Positions 53,171-62,896 of a DNA stretch of 64,000 bases are shown here, piece after piece. The position numbers were made by a program, and so were the translations under genes. Source of the stretch: an uncultured Acidimicrobiia bacterium (lineage in GTDB: Bacteria; Acidobacteriota; Terriglobia; Versatilivoradales; Versatilivoraceae); assembly GCA_963786955.1 (NCBI GenBank), contig CAWBAT010000005.1, forward strand, positions 1,184,001 through 1,248,000. Direction: 5' to 3'. Numbering within the stretch: the first letter of the stretch is position 1; each line of letters opens with the position of its first letter. The notes beneath the pieces are model-generated. The model saw nothing but the letters and a program-made list of their open reading frames with translations, did no database searches and was not told the origin of the DNA.

Positions 53171-56100
53171 TTACCTTCTATTAGTCTTTACATTCGCAAT
53201 GTTGGAGTAAGCGGAATTGCCAACTGTGTTGTAGCCACGAACACGATAGTAGTATCTTGTATTCGTTGAGAGGCCCGTGTTTGAGTAGGTGGTCACATTC
53301 ACGCCCACAGTGGCAATCTGGGTGAAATTTGTTCCGTTGACGGACCGTTCAATCATAAACCCATCTTCATTGTTGGCATTGTCCCTCCAGGCCAGGTTAA
53401 TCTGGCTTGTTGAAATGGCCGTCGCCGTCAGATTGGTGGGAGTGGCTGGCGCCGCCTGCGGAGTCGCGCTGGCTTGAGCTGAGTTGGCGCTTTCCCCGCT
53501 GGTGTTGACCGCCGAGACCACGTAGAAATAGGGGGTGGCGTTGGTCAGCCCGGTGTCGGTATAGCTCGTGGTCGTGGGGCTGGCGAGGGTGGTGTAGGGG
53601 CCGCCACTGGTCGTCGAGCGCTTCACATTGTAGCTGGTCGCTCCACTAGAAGCCGTCCAACCGAGCGCCACCTGGGCATTGCCGGCCGTCGCCGTCAGAT
53701 TGGTGGGAGTGGCTGGCGCCGCCTGCGGAGTCGCGCTGGCTTGAGCTGAGTTGGCGCTTTCCCCGCTGGTGTTGACCGCCGAGACCACGTAGAAATAGGG
53801 GGTGGCGTTGGTCAGCCCGGTGTCGGTATAGCTCGTGGTCGTGGGGCTGGCGAGGGTGGTGTAGGGGCCGCCACTGGTCGTCGAGCGCTTCACATTGTAG
53901 CTGGTCGCTCCACTAGAAGCCGTCCAACCGAGCGCCACCTGGGCATTGCCGGCCGTCGCCGTCAGATTGGTGGGAGTGGCTGGCGGACCCACCTCATCAG
54001 CCGCAACACTTGTAAGTCCAAAATCAGCGTTTAAGTTGGAACTTCCTCCTGAAAGAAAGAATCCTATGCCCGGACTACCAGTTGTGTAGGTATTGTCAGT
54101 AGCTGTCACTACCTGGACGTTATTGACATAGCCTGTAATGACATTTCCTACGATAGTCGCTTTTATTGCTATTCCATTTGTAATATAGCTTGATGAACCA
54201 CTACTGGCATTGCCTATAACGGTAAAACTACCGATAGGTCCATTCCACCGAACAATTTGAATCCACACGCTAGAGTTATTGATACATCTAAAATTAACCT
54301 CGTACCCTGTAATGCTATGTGCTGAAATACTTGTACGAAGTCTCAGTTCAACTTCCTCGCTCACTGACGAAGTCTGGTTGACCGTATAGACATTTGCAGT
54401 AATCGTTTGATCTGGTGCCCATGTTCCAGCTAAAATGGCAGTTGAGTCACCGTAGTAATTGCCTGTGCCTGGAACTTGAGTGCCAAATGCTTTCCCTGGA
54501 GTCGTCCTAACATTATTCCAATCAAGACCGACCGTCCCTCCGCTAACCCAAGCTCCACCCTCTGAAATGGGGTTCTCCGTAAGAGGAAAATTGGTGGTGT
54601 AGGAATTTGCAGAAGTACTTTGAGCGAGTAAATTTACGGTAGTGTTATCGGGAGAGCGCTTGATCTTGAAGCCGTCCTGACGGCTATTATTACCGGTCGA
54701 CGTTAGGTCGATCTGGCGGGAGGAGATGGCAGTAGGAGTGGGGCCGGAGGGCGCATCCGGCGGTAGAAGGCGATCTGGCATGCGGAAGGCGAAAACCGGA
54801 TCGGTTGTGCGATTGACGAGAATGAACGCGTCGACTGATGGCACATAGCGCCAACGGCTGTAAGTACCATTCGAATTGGGTGCCGTTGGTATAACCGAGT
54901 TTGTCGCCGAAGCAACAACCTTGGCCCAAACCCATGACTCCGTCTTCCAATCCCCTGAAGGGGGAGTAAGCGTGTAGACGCTCGATCCCGAATAGCACCC
55001 CACGAAACGCTTGCCGACTGGATCCCAATCAAAACCGATCGCTGAAACGTTTTCGAGTGTCTTGTCGCCAACCGTGGAAACAGTAACAGCCACATTTTCG
55101 GGCGCCTTCAGTTCATGTACTCTGACCATGTGAGAGCCGCCCCCATCAACAGTGACCATCAGGTCGCGAGTCGGGTCGATTGCGGATGCAGCATCCATCT
55201 CAAGATACTCCGTCGTATATACCGTCCATGCTCCTATGCCAGCATCTGCGTTTGGATCAAACTTCGCAAACGGGCTGGTGAACGCCGGCCACACCCAAAA
55301 CACATCGCGGATTGAATCGTAGGCGGTTGTTGTGCCTGTCTGACTGTTAATTGCGGGATGGTTTGGGGCGCGGTGCCATTGACGTGTGTCCAGATTAAGC
55401 AGGTGGACGTGGGACGTTCCACAGACGCCGCAATTCTGTAATGAAGCGCTACCCAACAACACGAAAGAGTTTGTGCCTGGGTGATAGTCCACGTAGTCGT
55501 AGGTGTGCCGGGCGCAAGGACTGCCGTCCTGTAGTTGGCCGATGCTCATGTCGCAGTTCGGGTTGACGATGGGTTCTGTAAATCGTGTCCAGAGCCCATT
55601 CCCAATATCAAATAGGTACACCTCATTACCAAGGTAGTCGCTATCGCCACCACCAAAGACCATGTATCCCCCGCGTGTGCCGTACCTTGGAGAGACGGCC
55701 CCGCCGCTCCAGGTATCGATTACTCCCCGCTGGCCGATCAAACCGGAATACGTGCAGTTATTCAGTGGGCATGGATCCAAATCTTTGATTGTATTATGCG
55801 AGATTATCCCCCACTCGCCTGGAGCTATACTTAGCGTTGTAAATGTAAAGTCATCACTAATCGAGGAGTTCCCCCAAGCGTCTTTGGATTTCACTCGGTA
55901 ATGATACTGGGCATGAGCCGTGAGACCTTTGATTGCTAGAGAATGGGAAGTAACCAGTGCAGTATTTAAGGTTGTCTGTGATCCGTATGAAGTCGTCGAG
56001 CCATACTCAACTTGAGAATCCGCGTTTTCGTTTGTCGACCAGGTGATCGTTACGCTTCCCGAATTAATGTTTGTCGATTGAATTCCGGAAATTGTTGGAG

Positions 56101-56437
56101 CTGTGGTGTCCACTGCCTTTGAAACTGTAAAGGTAGGGCTAGAGCTTGTGAATTGATTGTCAGCGGCGTGGCTAGCAACAGCACCGGTCGTGCGCGACCC
56201 ATTTGTTGTACTCTCCGTATCCCAGGAAAGTGAATCAGGCCACGCCAGGTCTTGCACTCTTAAATTGTTCTGGCCGTCAAATAAGACAACCTTATTGACA
56301 GGATTATATTCTGCATCATTTAGTCCTAGTCCACTCGCAATTCCTGGGCATACCATGGAAATAGAAAGTAACAAAGATAAGGGTAAGCGTGTCATTGCAT
56401 TGATTTCTCGTCTTGCCCTTTTCACTGCCCTCTCCAT
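53171..56437 (-). CDS. Large secreted multidomain protein: Fn3-like domain, putative beta-propeller, putative beta-sandwich domain and three C-terminal Fn3 domains
   Basis: Signal-like N-terminus; ITWSTNE...YGSTTSYG...YHYRV; Trp/Gly-rich repeats; PATPTNLTAT...YFYVVSAVN x2; AISTSQINLAWRDN...YYYRVRGYN. Confidence 0.88.
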   Translation of the reverse strand: MERAVKRARREINAMTRLPLSLLLSISMVCPGIASGLGLNDAEYNPVNKVVLFDGQNNLRVQDLAWPDSLSWDTESTTNGSRTTGAVASHAADNQFTSSSPTFTVSKAVDTTAPTISGIQSTNINSGSVTITWSTNENADSQVEYGSTTSYGSQTTLNTALVTSHSLAIKGLTAHAQYHYRVKSKDAWGNSSISDDFTFTTLSIAPGEWGIISHNTIKDLDPCPLNNCTYSGLIGQRGVIDTWSGGAVSPRYGTRGGYMVFGGGDSDYLGNEVYLFDIGNGLWTRFTEPIVNPNCDMSIGQLQDGSPCARHTYDYVDYHPGTNSFVLLGSASLQNCGVCGTSHVHLLNLDTRQWHRAPNHPAINSQTGTTTAYDSIRDVFWVWPAFTSPFAKFDPNADAGIGAWTVYTTEYLEMDAASAIDPTRDLMVTVDGGGSHMVRVHELKAPENVAVTVSTVGDKTLENVSAIGFDWDPVGKRFVGCYSGSSVYTLTPPSGDWKTESWVWAKVVASATNSVIPTAPNSNGTYSRWRYVPSVDAFILVNRTTDPVFAFRMPDRLLPPDAPSGPTPTAISSRQIDLTSTGNNSRQDGFKIKRSPDNTTVNLLAQSTSANSYTTNFPLTENPISEGGAWVSGGTVGLDWNNVRTTPGKAFGTQVPGTGNYYGDSTAILAGTWAPDQTITANVYTVNQTSSVSEEVELRLRTSISAHSITGYEVNFRCINNSSVWIQIVRWNGPIGSFTVIGNASSGSSSYITNGIAIKATIVGNVITGYVNNVQVVTATDNTYTTGSPGIGFFLSGGSSNLNADFGLTSVAADEVGPPATPTNLTATAGNAQVALGWTASSGATSYNVKRSTTSGGPYTTLASPTTTSYTDTGLTNATPYFYVVSAVNTSGESANSAQASATPQAAPATPTNLTATAGNAQVALGWTASSGATSYNVKRSTTSGGPYTTLASPTTTSYTDTGLTNATPYFYVVSAVNTSGESANSAQASATPQAAPATPTNLTATAISTSQINLAWRDNANNEDGFMIERSVNGTNFTQIATVGVNVTTYSNTGLSTNTRYYYRVRGYNTVGNSAYSNIANVKTNRR
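53417..53985. repeat. Exact in-frame tandem duplication, 267-bp unit (89-aa Fn3 domain) x2 plus 35 bp
   Basis: Unit starts at 53417, 53684 and 53951; the two full copies are identical by eye. Confidence 0.93.
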
Positions 56438-56601
56438 AGGATTCCTTTTAAATCAGATTCCCGAACTGTGCTGCAACATCCAGCGGCCAGCGTCACGGCA
56501 ATTAACAAAACCGGACAAAGTGAAATGGCGATCGCATTGAGTCACACAAACGGTTTCGTGAGGGGATGCTCCTGTCGCCTTATGGAATGCAAGTACACCA
56601 T

Positions 56602-56940
56602 GCACTCGATTTCTTAAATACATGAACACATCATTTCCTTGATCTATTTGATCGATCGTAGCATCTTGGCATTACTCGAAGCCCCGTTAGATGCTACCCC
56701 AAAACCCATAACATATCGTTTTGTCTTGAGGAGAGTTCGTTGAGTTGTCGACACGGAAACGAAATCGCATGCTACCGTAATTTCACGTTCCACGAAACGA
56801 TATAATTTTGTTGGTTGCGAGGGCCTGACCAACGATGAAATTACTCAGCAACTGGATAGCCGACCGACAAGCCAGCACGTTTCTTGGATCGTGGATAATG
56901 GCTCATCCCATCAAGGACAGCGATATGTGGCGCGACTGAT
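56602..56940 (+). mobile_element. Decayed, internally deleted IS630-family element
   Basis: From ATG 56691: MLPQNP*HIVLS*GEFVELSTR...LP*FHVPRNDIILLVA/EGLTNDEITQQLD (HTH region), then VSWIVDNGSSHQGQR (DDE region); end-like sequence at 56602-28. Confidence 0.65.
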
Positions 56941-57428
56941 GGCGTTACTCTCGGTACAGCTGAATGGGCCCTATCTGTTGGATGGATTCTGTCACGGGGG
57001 ATATTGCCTTGGAGATGACAATACAACTTGAGCATAAAGGTTACGGACTGGACGCAGTACTATTCCAGAAGCTGAGGAATTTTCCCCTCGATTGTCTCGG
57101 GGTTTCTGCCCATGTCATTGGATTTATCTCAAGGTGCCTATTTGCTCGAACCGGAGGAAAATCCCCGACAGTTGCGCCTGTCGCGCCTGACCGCAGGGCA
57201 CTCTGGCGGGCTGGCAAGATTGTCTATCACGATCCGGTCGAGAATTACGCCCCGGACAAATACTCTGGAAGCCTTATTCTCTTTCGCAGTGCCACAAGTC
57301 TGGAGGCGATTCCCGGGGACCCTGCCTGTCGATAGCGACACGTCACCCCCGACGTTGAAGTTCGAGCGATCCAAGGCCGTCATCCTTCTTGCATTCCCGA
57401 TGATCTGGCAGATTGGCTCGGAAGATGA
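56941..57428 (+). pseudogene. Thioesterase (NRPS/PKS TE-type alpha/beta hydrolase) pseudogene, 5'-truncated
   Basis: VQLNGPYLLDGFCHGG/IALEMTIQL, YAPDKYSGSLILFRS, GDPACR*RHVTPDVEVRAIQGRH; has a frameshift and an in-frame TAG where Trp is usual. Confidence 0.7.
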
Positions 57429-57641
57429 AGTCATACCTTGCTGGGCCTTTCAGAAAATGCTCAAGAAGTAACCAACTCGACCTTCCAGATATCAGGGGTT
57501 ACTCCTCCGGAGCAGGTCTTTCGAACGGAGTGTTGTACGCATCCCTGTGTTTCCAAGGTTTCTTTTCAAATCGGGTTGATTGTAACTGCCAGCATTTCGA
57601 TCTATGCGATAAGTCGAAGAAGATCCGAGGGGTGAGGAGAG

Positions 57642-58811
57642 TCAACCATGCATAGAATAGAGCATGCGCAGATCCCAATTAGATAAGTCGAGTAGGCGGT
57701 GGTCCGAAATCATCCACTTCTCCGGAGGCAACTCGTCTCGGACAGGCCGTATGATCACACAATTTCTGTATTTCGAGCCTTCTTTTGGCTGCATGGGATT
57801 GAAGCCAGCCTCAGCCAGAATTGTCTTCTTTTCGTCTGAAAGTGTTGCAGTCCAACTAAACAGCTCCTCGAACTTCCCCTGTCGAATCGCAGTGCCTAAG
57901 AGTTCTTTCAAGATAGGAGTGTTGGTTGCTTCCCAATCGACGATGTTCACTTTGCCCCTTCTTTGATGGTCGGGAAAATATCCTTGCAGGACTAAATACC
58001 CTCTTAAGAAATCCTCTTTCCAGAAGATAAAGCGATAATCACGCGAAGGATTTTTGAACCGCCAGGAGAAGTATTCTTTATCTCTGACGTGCCGGAGACG
58101 ACCATCGTAGGACAGCCTTTCCACTAGTTCAGCCATTGCAGGCGGATCCGGAGTCTTAGAAATGAAGAGACGACTATTTTCCGGTTGCCCCTGTCGCGTT
58201 TGAGCCTTATCCAGCCAGAAGAAAGTTGGTTTTTTTATGAAATGAAGAGAAGGTATTTTGTCGGAAAATCTCCAAATTAGCGGAAGACTAGACGCAATTT
58301 TTTTCATATCGGGTATGGGTAAGCGAGGTTTACAAGTGAGCGTCACGGGTTCCATTGAGCCGATGCTTCGCCATCCAATTGCCAAGGATGCCAGGAAAGT
58401 TATCGGACCGGAACTCAAATTGAAGGCATATTCATAACCTCGGGTGGCTAGATCGTCAAAGGCTGCCTTCATGATCCTGGGAATCAGCCCGGCATTGCGG
58501 TAGTCAGGAGCGATAACGAGATCATCAGGATACAACCCAATGAACGTCCCGGCTCCGGGCCCGATTTGCCATTGAGTTCCCAAAATGCCTCGCATTCCTA
58601 CCGCCCTGCCCCCTTTGAGTGCCAGGTATATCAGCGGATTTCGAATATAAGGATTACACTCATACTTCCATTCAAAATAGGCCTTATTGAGGGCTCGGTC
58701 AGGACCCCACAAATGGGTCTGGAGGTTTACAATCTCGTCCTTCAATTCAGGCTGATATTTGACAATCTCAATCTGCATTCCGATAAGCGGAGAGTTCATT
58801 TCCGCAAACAA
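57642..58811 (-). CDS. GNAT-family (two-domain, FemAB-like size) N-acyltransferase
   Basis: YFEWKYECNP, DDLVIAPDYRNAGL (motif A), YFSWRFKNP, IVDW; the start may be ATG at 58799 or 58778. Confidence 0.8.
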   Translation of the reverse strand: MFAEMNSPLIGMQIEIVKYQPELKDEIVNLQTHLWGPDRALNKAYFEWKYECNPYIRNPLIYLALKGGRAVGMRGILGTQWQIGPGAGTFIGLYPDDLVIAPDYRNAGLIPRIMKAAFDDLATRGYEYAFNLSSGPITFLASLAIGWRSIGSMEPVTLTCKPRLPIPDMKKIASSLPLIWRFSDKIPSLHFIKKPTFFWLDKAQTRQGQPENSRLFISKTPDPPAMAELVERLSYDGRLRHVRDKEYFSWRFKNPSRDYRFIFWKEDFLRGYLVLQGYFPDHQRRGKVNIVDWEATNTPILKELLGTAIRQGKFEELFSWTATLSDEKKTILAEAGFNPMQPKEGSKYRNCVIIRPVRDELPPEKWMISDHRLLDLSNWDLRMLYSMHG

Positions 58812-58819
58812 TTCTCTGT

Positions 58820-59071
58820 CTAGCTAGTTTTAGAATTCTGTTTCTCGATGAACCCAAGTATGGAAGCCATGGTATCCCATTCTTTAGGAAGGTCAAAAGA
58901 AGCAGGGTCAATGGGGGAGTCGGTATGATTTTCTATCCACAGAGCCAGGTTGAAAAGAGCCGACGAATCCAGCAGTCCCGATTGAATAAGAGACGTATCG
59001 TCTCTTATTTCCAAGTTTGATTCTGAAAGCGCTTCCCTCAGAAAATCCAGCAACTGAAGGCGTGGAGGCAT
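58820..59071 (-). CDS. Stand-alone acyl/aminoacyl carrier protein
   Basis: 83 aa, acidic, DDTSLIQSGLLDSSAL phosphopantetheine site. Confidence 0.88.
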   Translation of the reverse strand: MPPRLQLLDFLREALSESNLEIRDDTSLIQSGLLDSSALFNLALWIENHTDSPIDPASFDLPKEWDTMASILGFIEKQNSKTS

Positions 59072-60607
59072 CTAACCATTCCTTTTGAACAGACGGGGGT
59101 CAACCGCAGCAAGACCTGTACATCTTTGCCCAACATCAGTCCGGTTGATCTTGCCGCGTGAACTGCGCGGAATCTCATCAATAAAATACCAACGCACAGG
59201 CATTTGATGTTTCGCCAAATGATGATTTGTCCAATCATACAAGTCTCGAATTGTATCGTCATTCTTGGATTTCAAGACAACGGCTACCCCAATATTCTCT
59301 CCAAGCAGAGTATCTTCATAGCCGAATGTGCAGACATCAAGAGTCTCCTTAAACCTTTCAACAACCGCATCGACGTCTCCAGGATAAACCTTCATCCCAC
59401 CCTTGTTTATTTCCTCGCGCACTCGGCCGCGAAGGTAGAGGAATCCTCGTTCATCGAGGTAGCCAATATCGCCAGTAAAGAACCACCCCTGGGTAACAAC
59501 CTTGCGAGTCATCTCCTCATTCTCAAGGTAGCCTTTCATCAAGGCCGGGGTGTTTACCCATACAAAACCAGAATTGCCTAGTTCACACTCGTGTGTGGCA
59601 GCACGGAAATCTTCAGTGTCTGAACATTTCAAAACCTTCACGACTCCTCCCCAGGCTTCACCAATCAATCCGTCTTCCGGAGCAGAATTCCTCACTGTGG
59701 TTCCAGCCAACCAACTCCCTGTTTCGGTAATGCCGTAGGCGTTGAAAACCTCCTCAGCGCCGGTCCACTCTTTGATGCTTTCCCATAGAAATCCAGAGAG
59801 TGGGGCAGAACCACAAAAAACTCTCTTCAATTTCCGTGATTGAGGTGGACGGGCTGTCTTTAAGGCCAAGCGCCAAACCGTCGGCACTGAGGACATGAAG
59901 GTAATCTCATGCTTATCCAGGATTTCTCCTAGCTGCATGATGATTTCAGGCTTGAAAGGAGGAAGGATGTAAAGATCCAATCCAGACAACCACGGAAACA
60001 GACAGTTACAGATTAATCCGTGTCCGAAGTGAGTGGGTAGCAAACAAAGAGTCCTCTTATAGGCAGCCAGTCCGAGCGACTGACGTAAACTCATCCAGCG
60101 TGCGAGCAAGGAGCGATGCGTGTGAACGACGCCTTTGGGCGACCCTGTGGTTCCGGAAGTAAAAAGGATCAGGGCTTCCTGATCGAGTGCAAAGTTATTG
60201 CCAATATTTCTTGAAAGCGTAATCGATGATCCCGTTATTGGAGAATCAGAGGATGTAAGAACCTGAACTCCCAACGAGGACAGCGCTTTGAGCATCATGT
60301 CATCGGGTGTTTCATGCCACAAAGAGAATCGAGGATGAGCGGCCCGAGCTAGTGTCTCCACTTCAAAGATCGTCAGCCGCGGATCAACAGGGATGATGCA
60401 ACCTCCAAGGCTCCAAATCGAAATCAAATCTACAAAAAATTCTATGTTATTACCGTATTGGATGAACACTCGGTCGGATATTCTCATCCCTCTTTCTTCA
60501 AAATAAGCAATGCGTTCGTAACATCGGCTCATGAAAGACGGGCGGTCCCAGCGGCGGCCCGTCAGCGGTTCAGTGATGCTGCCAACATGCAGATCGAGGA
60601 ACATCAT
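59072..60607 (-). CDS. Class I adenylate-forming enzyme (AMP-binding acyl-CoA/acyl-ACP ligase)
   Basis: FTSGTTGSPKG, YGITET, FTGDIG, GRxxEEINKGG and GKINR motifs; GGAGG RBS. Confidence 0.93.
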   Translation of the reverse strand: MMFLDLHVGSITEPLTGRRWDRPSFMSRCYERIAYFEERGMRISDRVFIQYGNNIEFFVDLISIWSLGGCIIPVDPRLTIFEVETLARAAHPRFSLWHETPDDMMLKALSSLGVQVLTSSDSPITGSSITLSRNIGNNFALDQEALILFTSGTTGSPKGVVHTHRSLLARWMSLRQSLGLAAYKRTLCLLPTHFGHGLICNCLFPWLSGLDLYILPPFKPEIIMQLGEILDKHEITFMSSVPTVWRLALKTARPPQSRKLKRVFCGSAPLSGFLWESIKEWTGAEEVFNAYGITETGSWLAGTTVRNSAPEDGLIGEAWGGVVKVLKCSDTEDFRAATHECELGNSGFVWVNTPALMKGYLENEEMTRKVVTQGWFFTGDIGYLDERGFLYLRGRVREEINKGGMKVYPGDVDAVVERFKETLDVCTFGYEDTLLGENIGVAVVLKSKNDDTIRDLYDWTNHHLAKHQMPVRWYFIDEIPRSSRGKINRTDVGQRCTGLAAVDPRLFKRNG

Positions 60608-60886
60608 CGACCTCCCAAAGCATTAAGAATGGATGAATAATCGAGGCTACTCTTACACACATCGGCCCTATTTGAGGCAATGTTCATTAGATTCTCAGTC
60701 CATCAATGTTCAAACCGCTTTTGGAGTAACCTGCATCTGAGAATCATTCGTCAGGGGATTCCAAGTTGAATGTGGTAACTTGCCGCATTGTCCCTAAGAG
60801 ATGGTGAGGATGATAGAGTCTTTCATCGTTTAGGCAGGAATTCGTTCAAATGAACATCAATTGTAATGGTGAGAGTATCCTAACTT

Positions 60887-61234
60887 TTAGAGCTGTATGC
60901 CCTGGGCATTTCTCGTCCTGCTTTGGATGAAAAATCCCATTAATTCGTAGATGAGGTTACCGACCATCCAAAGTCCGGCTAAAATCGTGACCCAATAACT
61001 CGCCGGTCGGGGGCTTTGTTTTGAGTTGACCAAATAGACAACCATGATGCCAAGAGTGATTACTGTTAGGAGAAAATAGCCACCATAAGCAACGATGCTA
61101 ATAATTTTCCATATGAACCCAAGCTTTTGCCTGAGCAATTTTCCAATGTTCCCGGCGATGAGCTTCCCTGCCATTATTCCTACCAGAAAACCGGGTACTG
61201 AGATCAAGCAAAAAGTTGAGAAGTCGAGATGCAC
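60887..61234 (-). CDS. Small three-TM membrane protein
   Basis: AAGGAGG RBS before the GTG start; three hydrophobic segments. Confidence 0.7.
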   Translation of the reverse strand: MHLDFSTFCLISVPGFLVGIMAGKLIAGNIGKLLRQKLGFIWKIISIVAYGGYFLLTVITLGIMVVYLVNSKQSPRPASYWVTILAGLWMVGNLIYELMGFFIQSRTRNAQGIQL

Positions 61235-61296
61235 CGGTTCCTCCTTACTTCTTGGGGGATAAGTCTCCTGCCGCCTGTTCGTGGACCCCACGCCAA

Positions 61297-61803
61297 TTAT
61301 TGCTTTACTTCCTCACGCCAAGTGTAAGCATTAATCCTCCAGCGATCATTGACCCTCGACAAGATCCAAATTCCTTGGCCGACCAGACCTTTGAAGCCCT
61401 GCTGTTCATAAATTTCAGACGTTTTGGAAAAATTCCCCTTGATAATCGCCGAGTTACCCGCCAGTTCGATCTCTAGATTCATGAAATTCAAATTGATACT
61501 TTTCCCGGCCTTAAATTCGTCAAGATGGGTTAGCAGAGCCCGGCTCAAACCATAACTCTCACCAGTATTCCCATTGATTTCTACATAGGAGTCCGCGCAA
61601 TCCCGGTATAGTAATAGAGGGTCATGGATTTTGTAAGCTTCGGATTGCCTTTCTAGCACTTCTTTGATTTTTTCCTGCGGGTTGGCAGAGGAGGAGACAG
61701 CCTGATTCAAAGATTTCTCTACTGGGTTAATGGATCGCCCGACGTAGTAGCCGATGCCGCCCCCGACCAGAAGAACCGCAAGAATGTACATATATGGCTT
61801 CAC
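61297..61803 (-). CDS. Membrane-anchored NTF2/SnoaL-like (DUF4440-like) protein
   Basis: N-terminal TM, IKEVLERQSEAY...D, LEIELAGNSAII, WILSRVNDRWRI. Confidence 0.72.
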   Translation of the reverse strand: MKPYMYILAVLLVGGGIGYYVGRSINPVEKSLNQAVSSSANPQEKIKEVLERQSEAYKIHDPLLLYRDCADSYVEINGNTGESYGLSRALLTHLDEFKAGKSINLNFMNLEIELAGNSAIIKGNFSKTSEIYEQQGFKGLVGQGIWILSRVNDRWRINAYTWREEVKQ

Positions 61804-62455
61804 TAAGAATCTCCTCGGTTCAATCCTGCATGACTACTAATTGATTTACCGACAAAATCAGGACACCATCCAAGAATTTAGCGGCCATCTTAGCTTGATT
61901 TGAGGATTGAAATGAAGAAAAGAATGCAAGGGTATCTCGAAGCAATGACCCAATAGCTAGGCGTGAACTGGAGCAGTCTTAGGGATGGATACGACGGCAA
62001 TTGCATTCTTGCCCGAAACGGAAATTTTCAGGTCCAAAGGAGGAGGGGTAACTGCAAGAGAACGATTTGTTTCGCTTGGAAAAGACGGACCAGCCACTTC
62101 GTCTAAAAAGGGATGCCAATAATAGGGCATATGAATCCCACTTCTCAAAACTCACACGGTAGGATGCTTTTTCAAACGAAGCCAGGAAGTGAGGTCTTCT
62201 CGGCTACATCAACCACCCATTCTATGGCTAATCCCCCCCAAACACCGGAATTCCTCACGCCTCAAAACACAGATAATCCCGTTTTACCTGGAATCTTAGC
62301 AGTACACATCTTCCATTCTCTTGTCTACAGTAGGAACTTTTTTTCCATTATTTGCCCCCTTTTTTTCAGAAACAAACAGGTGTGCAGGTTTTCAACTAAT
62401 TGATTGAATTTGAAATCATTCGATTTCAATTTTGGAAAAGGAGATTTGATGGCAA

Positions 62456-62471
62456 TGGAAACAAAAGTGCT
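62456..62471 (+). promoter_or_regulatory. Putative sigma54 (-24/-12) promoter of the PilZ gene
   Basis: TGGAAACAAAAGTGCT with GG-N10-GC spacing, 26 nt before the ATG. Confidence 0.5.
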
Positions 62472-62497
62472 TCTAAGTTAAAGACTTAAATCTGACC

Positions 62498-62896
62498 ATG
62501 GTAATTCGGGCGCTCCCCATAAACGAAATAGATCCAACTGTGACCGAACCTTTAGAGAGTTCAACAACTCCTGCATTTGACCGCCGTTCTCATTATAGAC
62601 TGCCTATTCGGGTTCCCATTTTCATCAAGGGGATTGATAGTCAAGGAGAAGAATTCTTCGAACTGACCCACACGGTTAACGTGAGTGCCAGCGGTGCCTG
62701 TTTTGTAAGCAGAAGGGAATTGCAGGTTGATGCCGATTTGATGGTCTCGATCCCTGCTCCTTTGCCCTCTGACCAACAAGAGTCGGAGGAATATGACTTT
62801 AAGTTTCCTGCCAAAATTGTCCGTGTTAATAACGGAACCACTCACCCCAGCAGGAAAATCTCCGTAAAATTCACCAAGCTACTCTACGACAAATAA
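62498..62896 (+). CDS. PilZ-domain (c-di-GMP-binding) protein
   Basis: DRRSHYR (RxxxR) and NVSASG (D/NxSxxG) motifs. Confidence 0.9.
   Translation: MVIRALPINEIDPTVTEPLESSTTPAFDRRSHYRLPIRVPIFIKGIDSQGEEFFELTHTVNVSASGACFVSRRELQVDADLMVSIPAPLPSDQQESEEYDFKFPAKIVRVNNGTTHPSRKISVKFTKLLYDK

Noticed and set aside
53417-53985. CRISPR array (35-bp repeat occurring three times)
   Set aside because: The spacers are 232 bp, identical and in frame within a CDS, and there are no cas genes
61957-62403. Short ORFs between the NTF2-like gene and pilZ
   Set aside because: No clear RBS or family motif; a decayed small gene cannot be excluded
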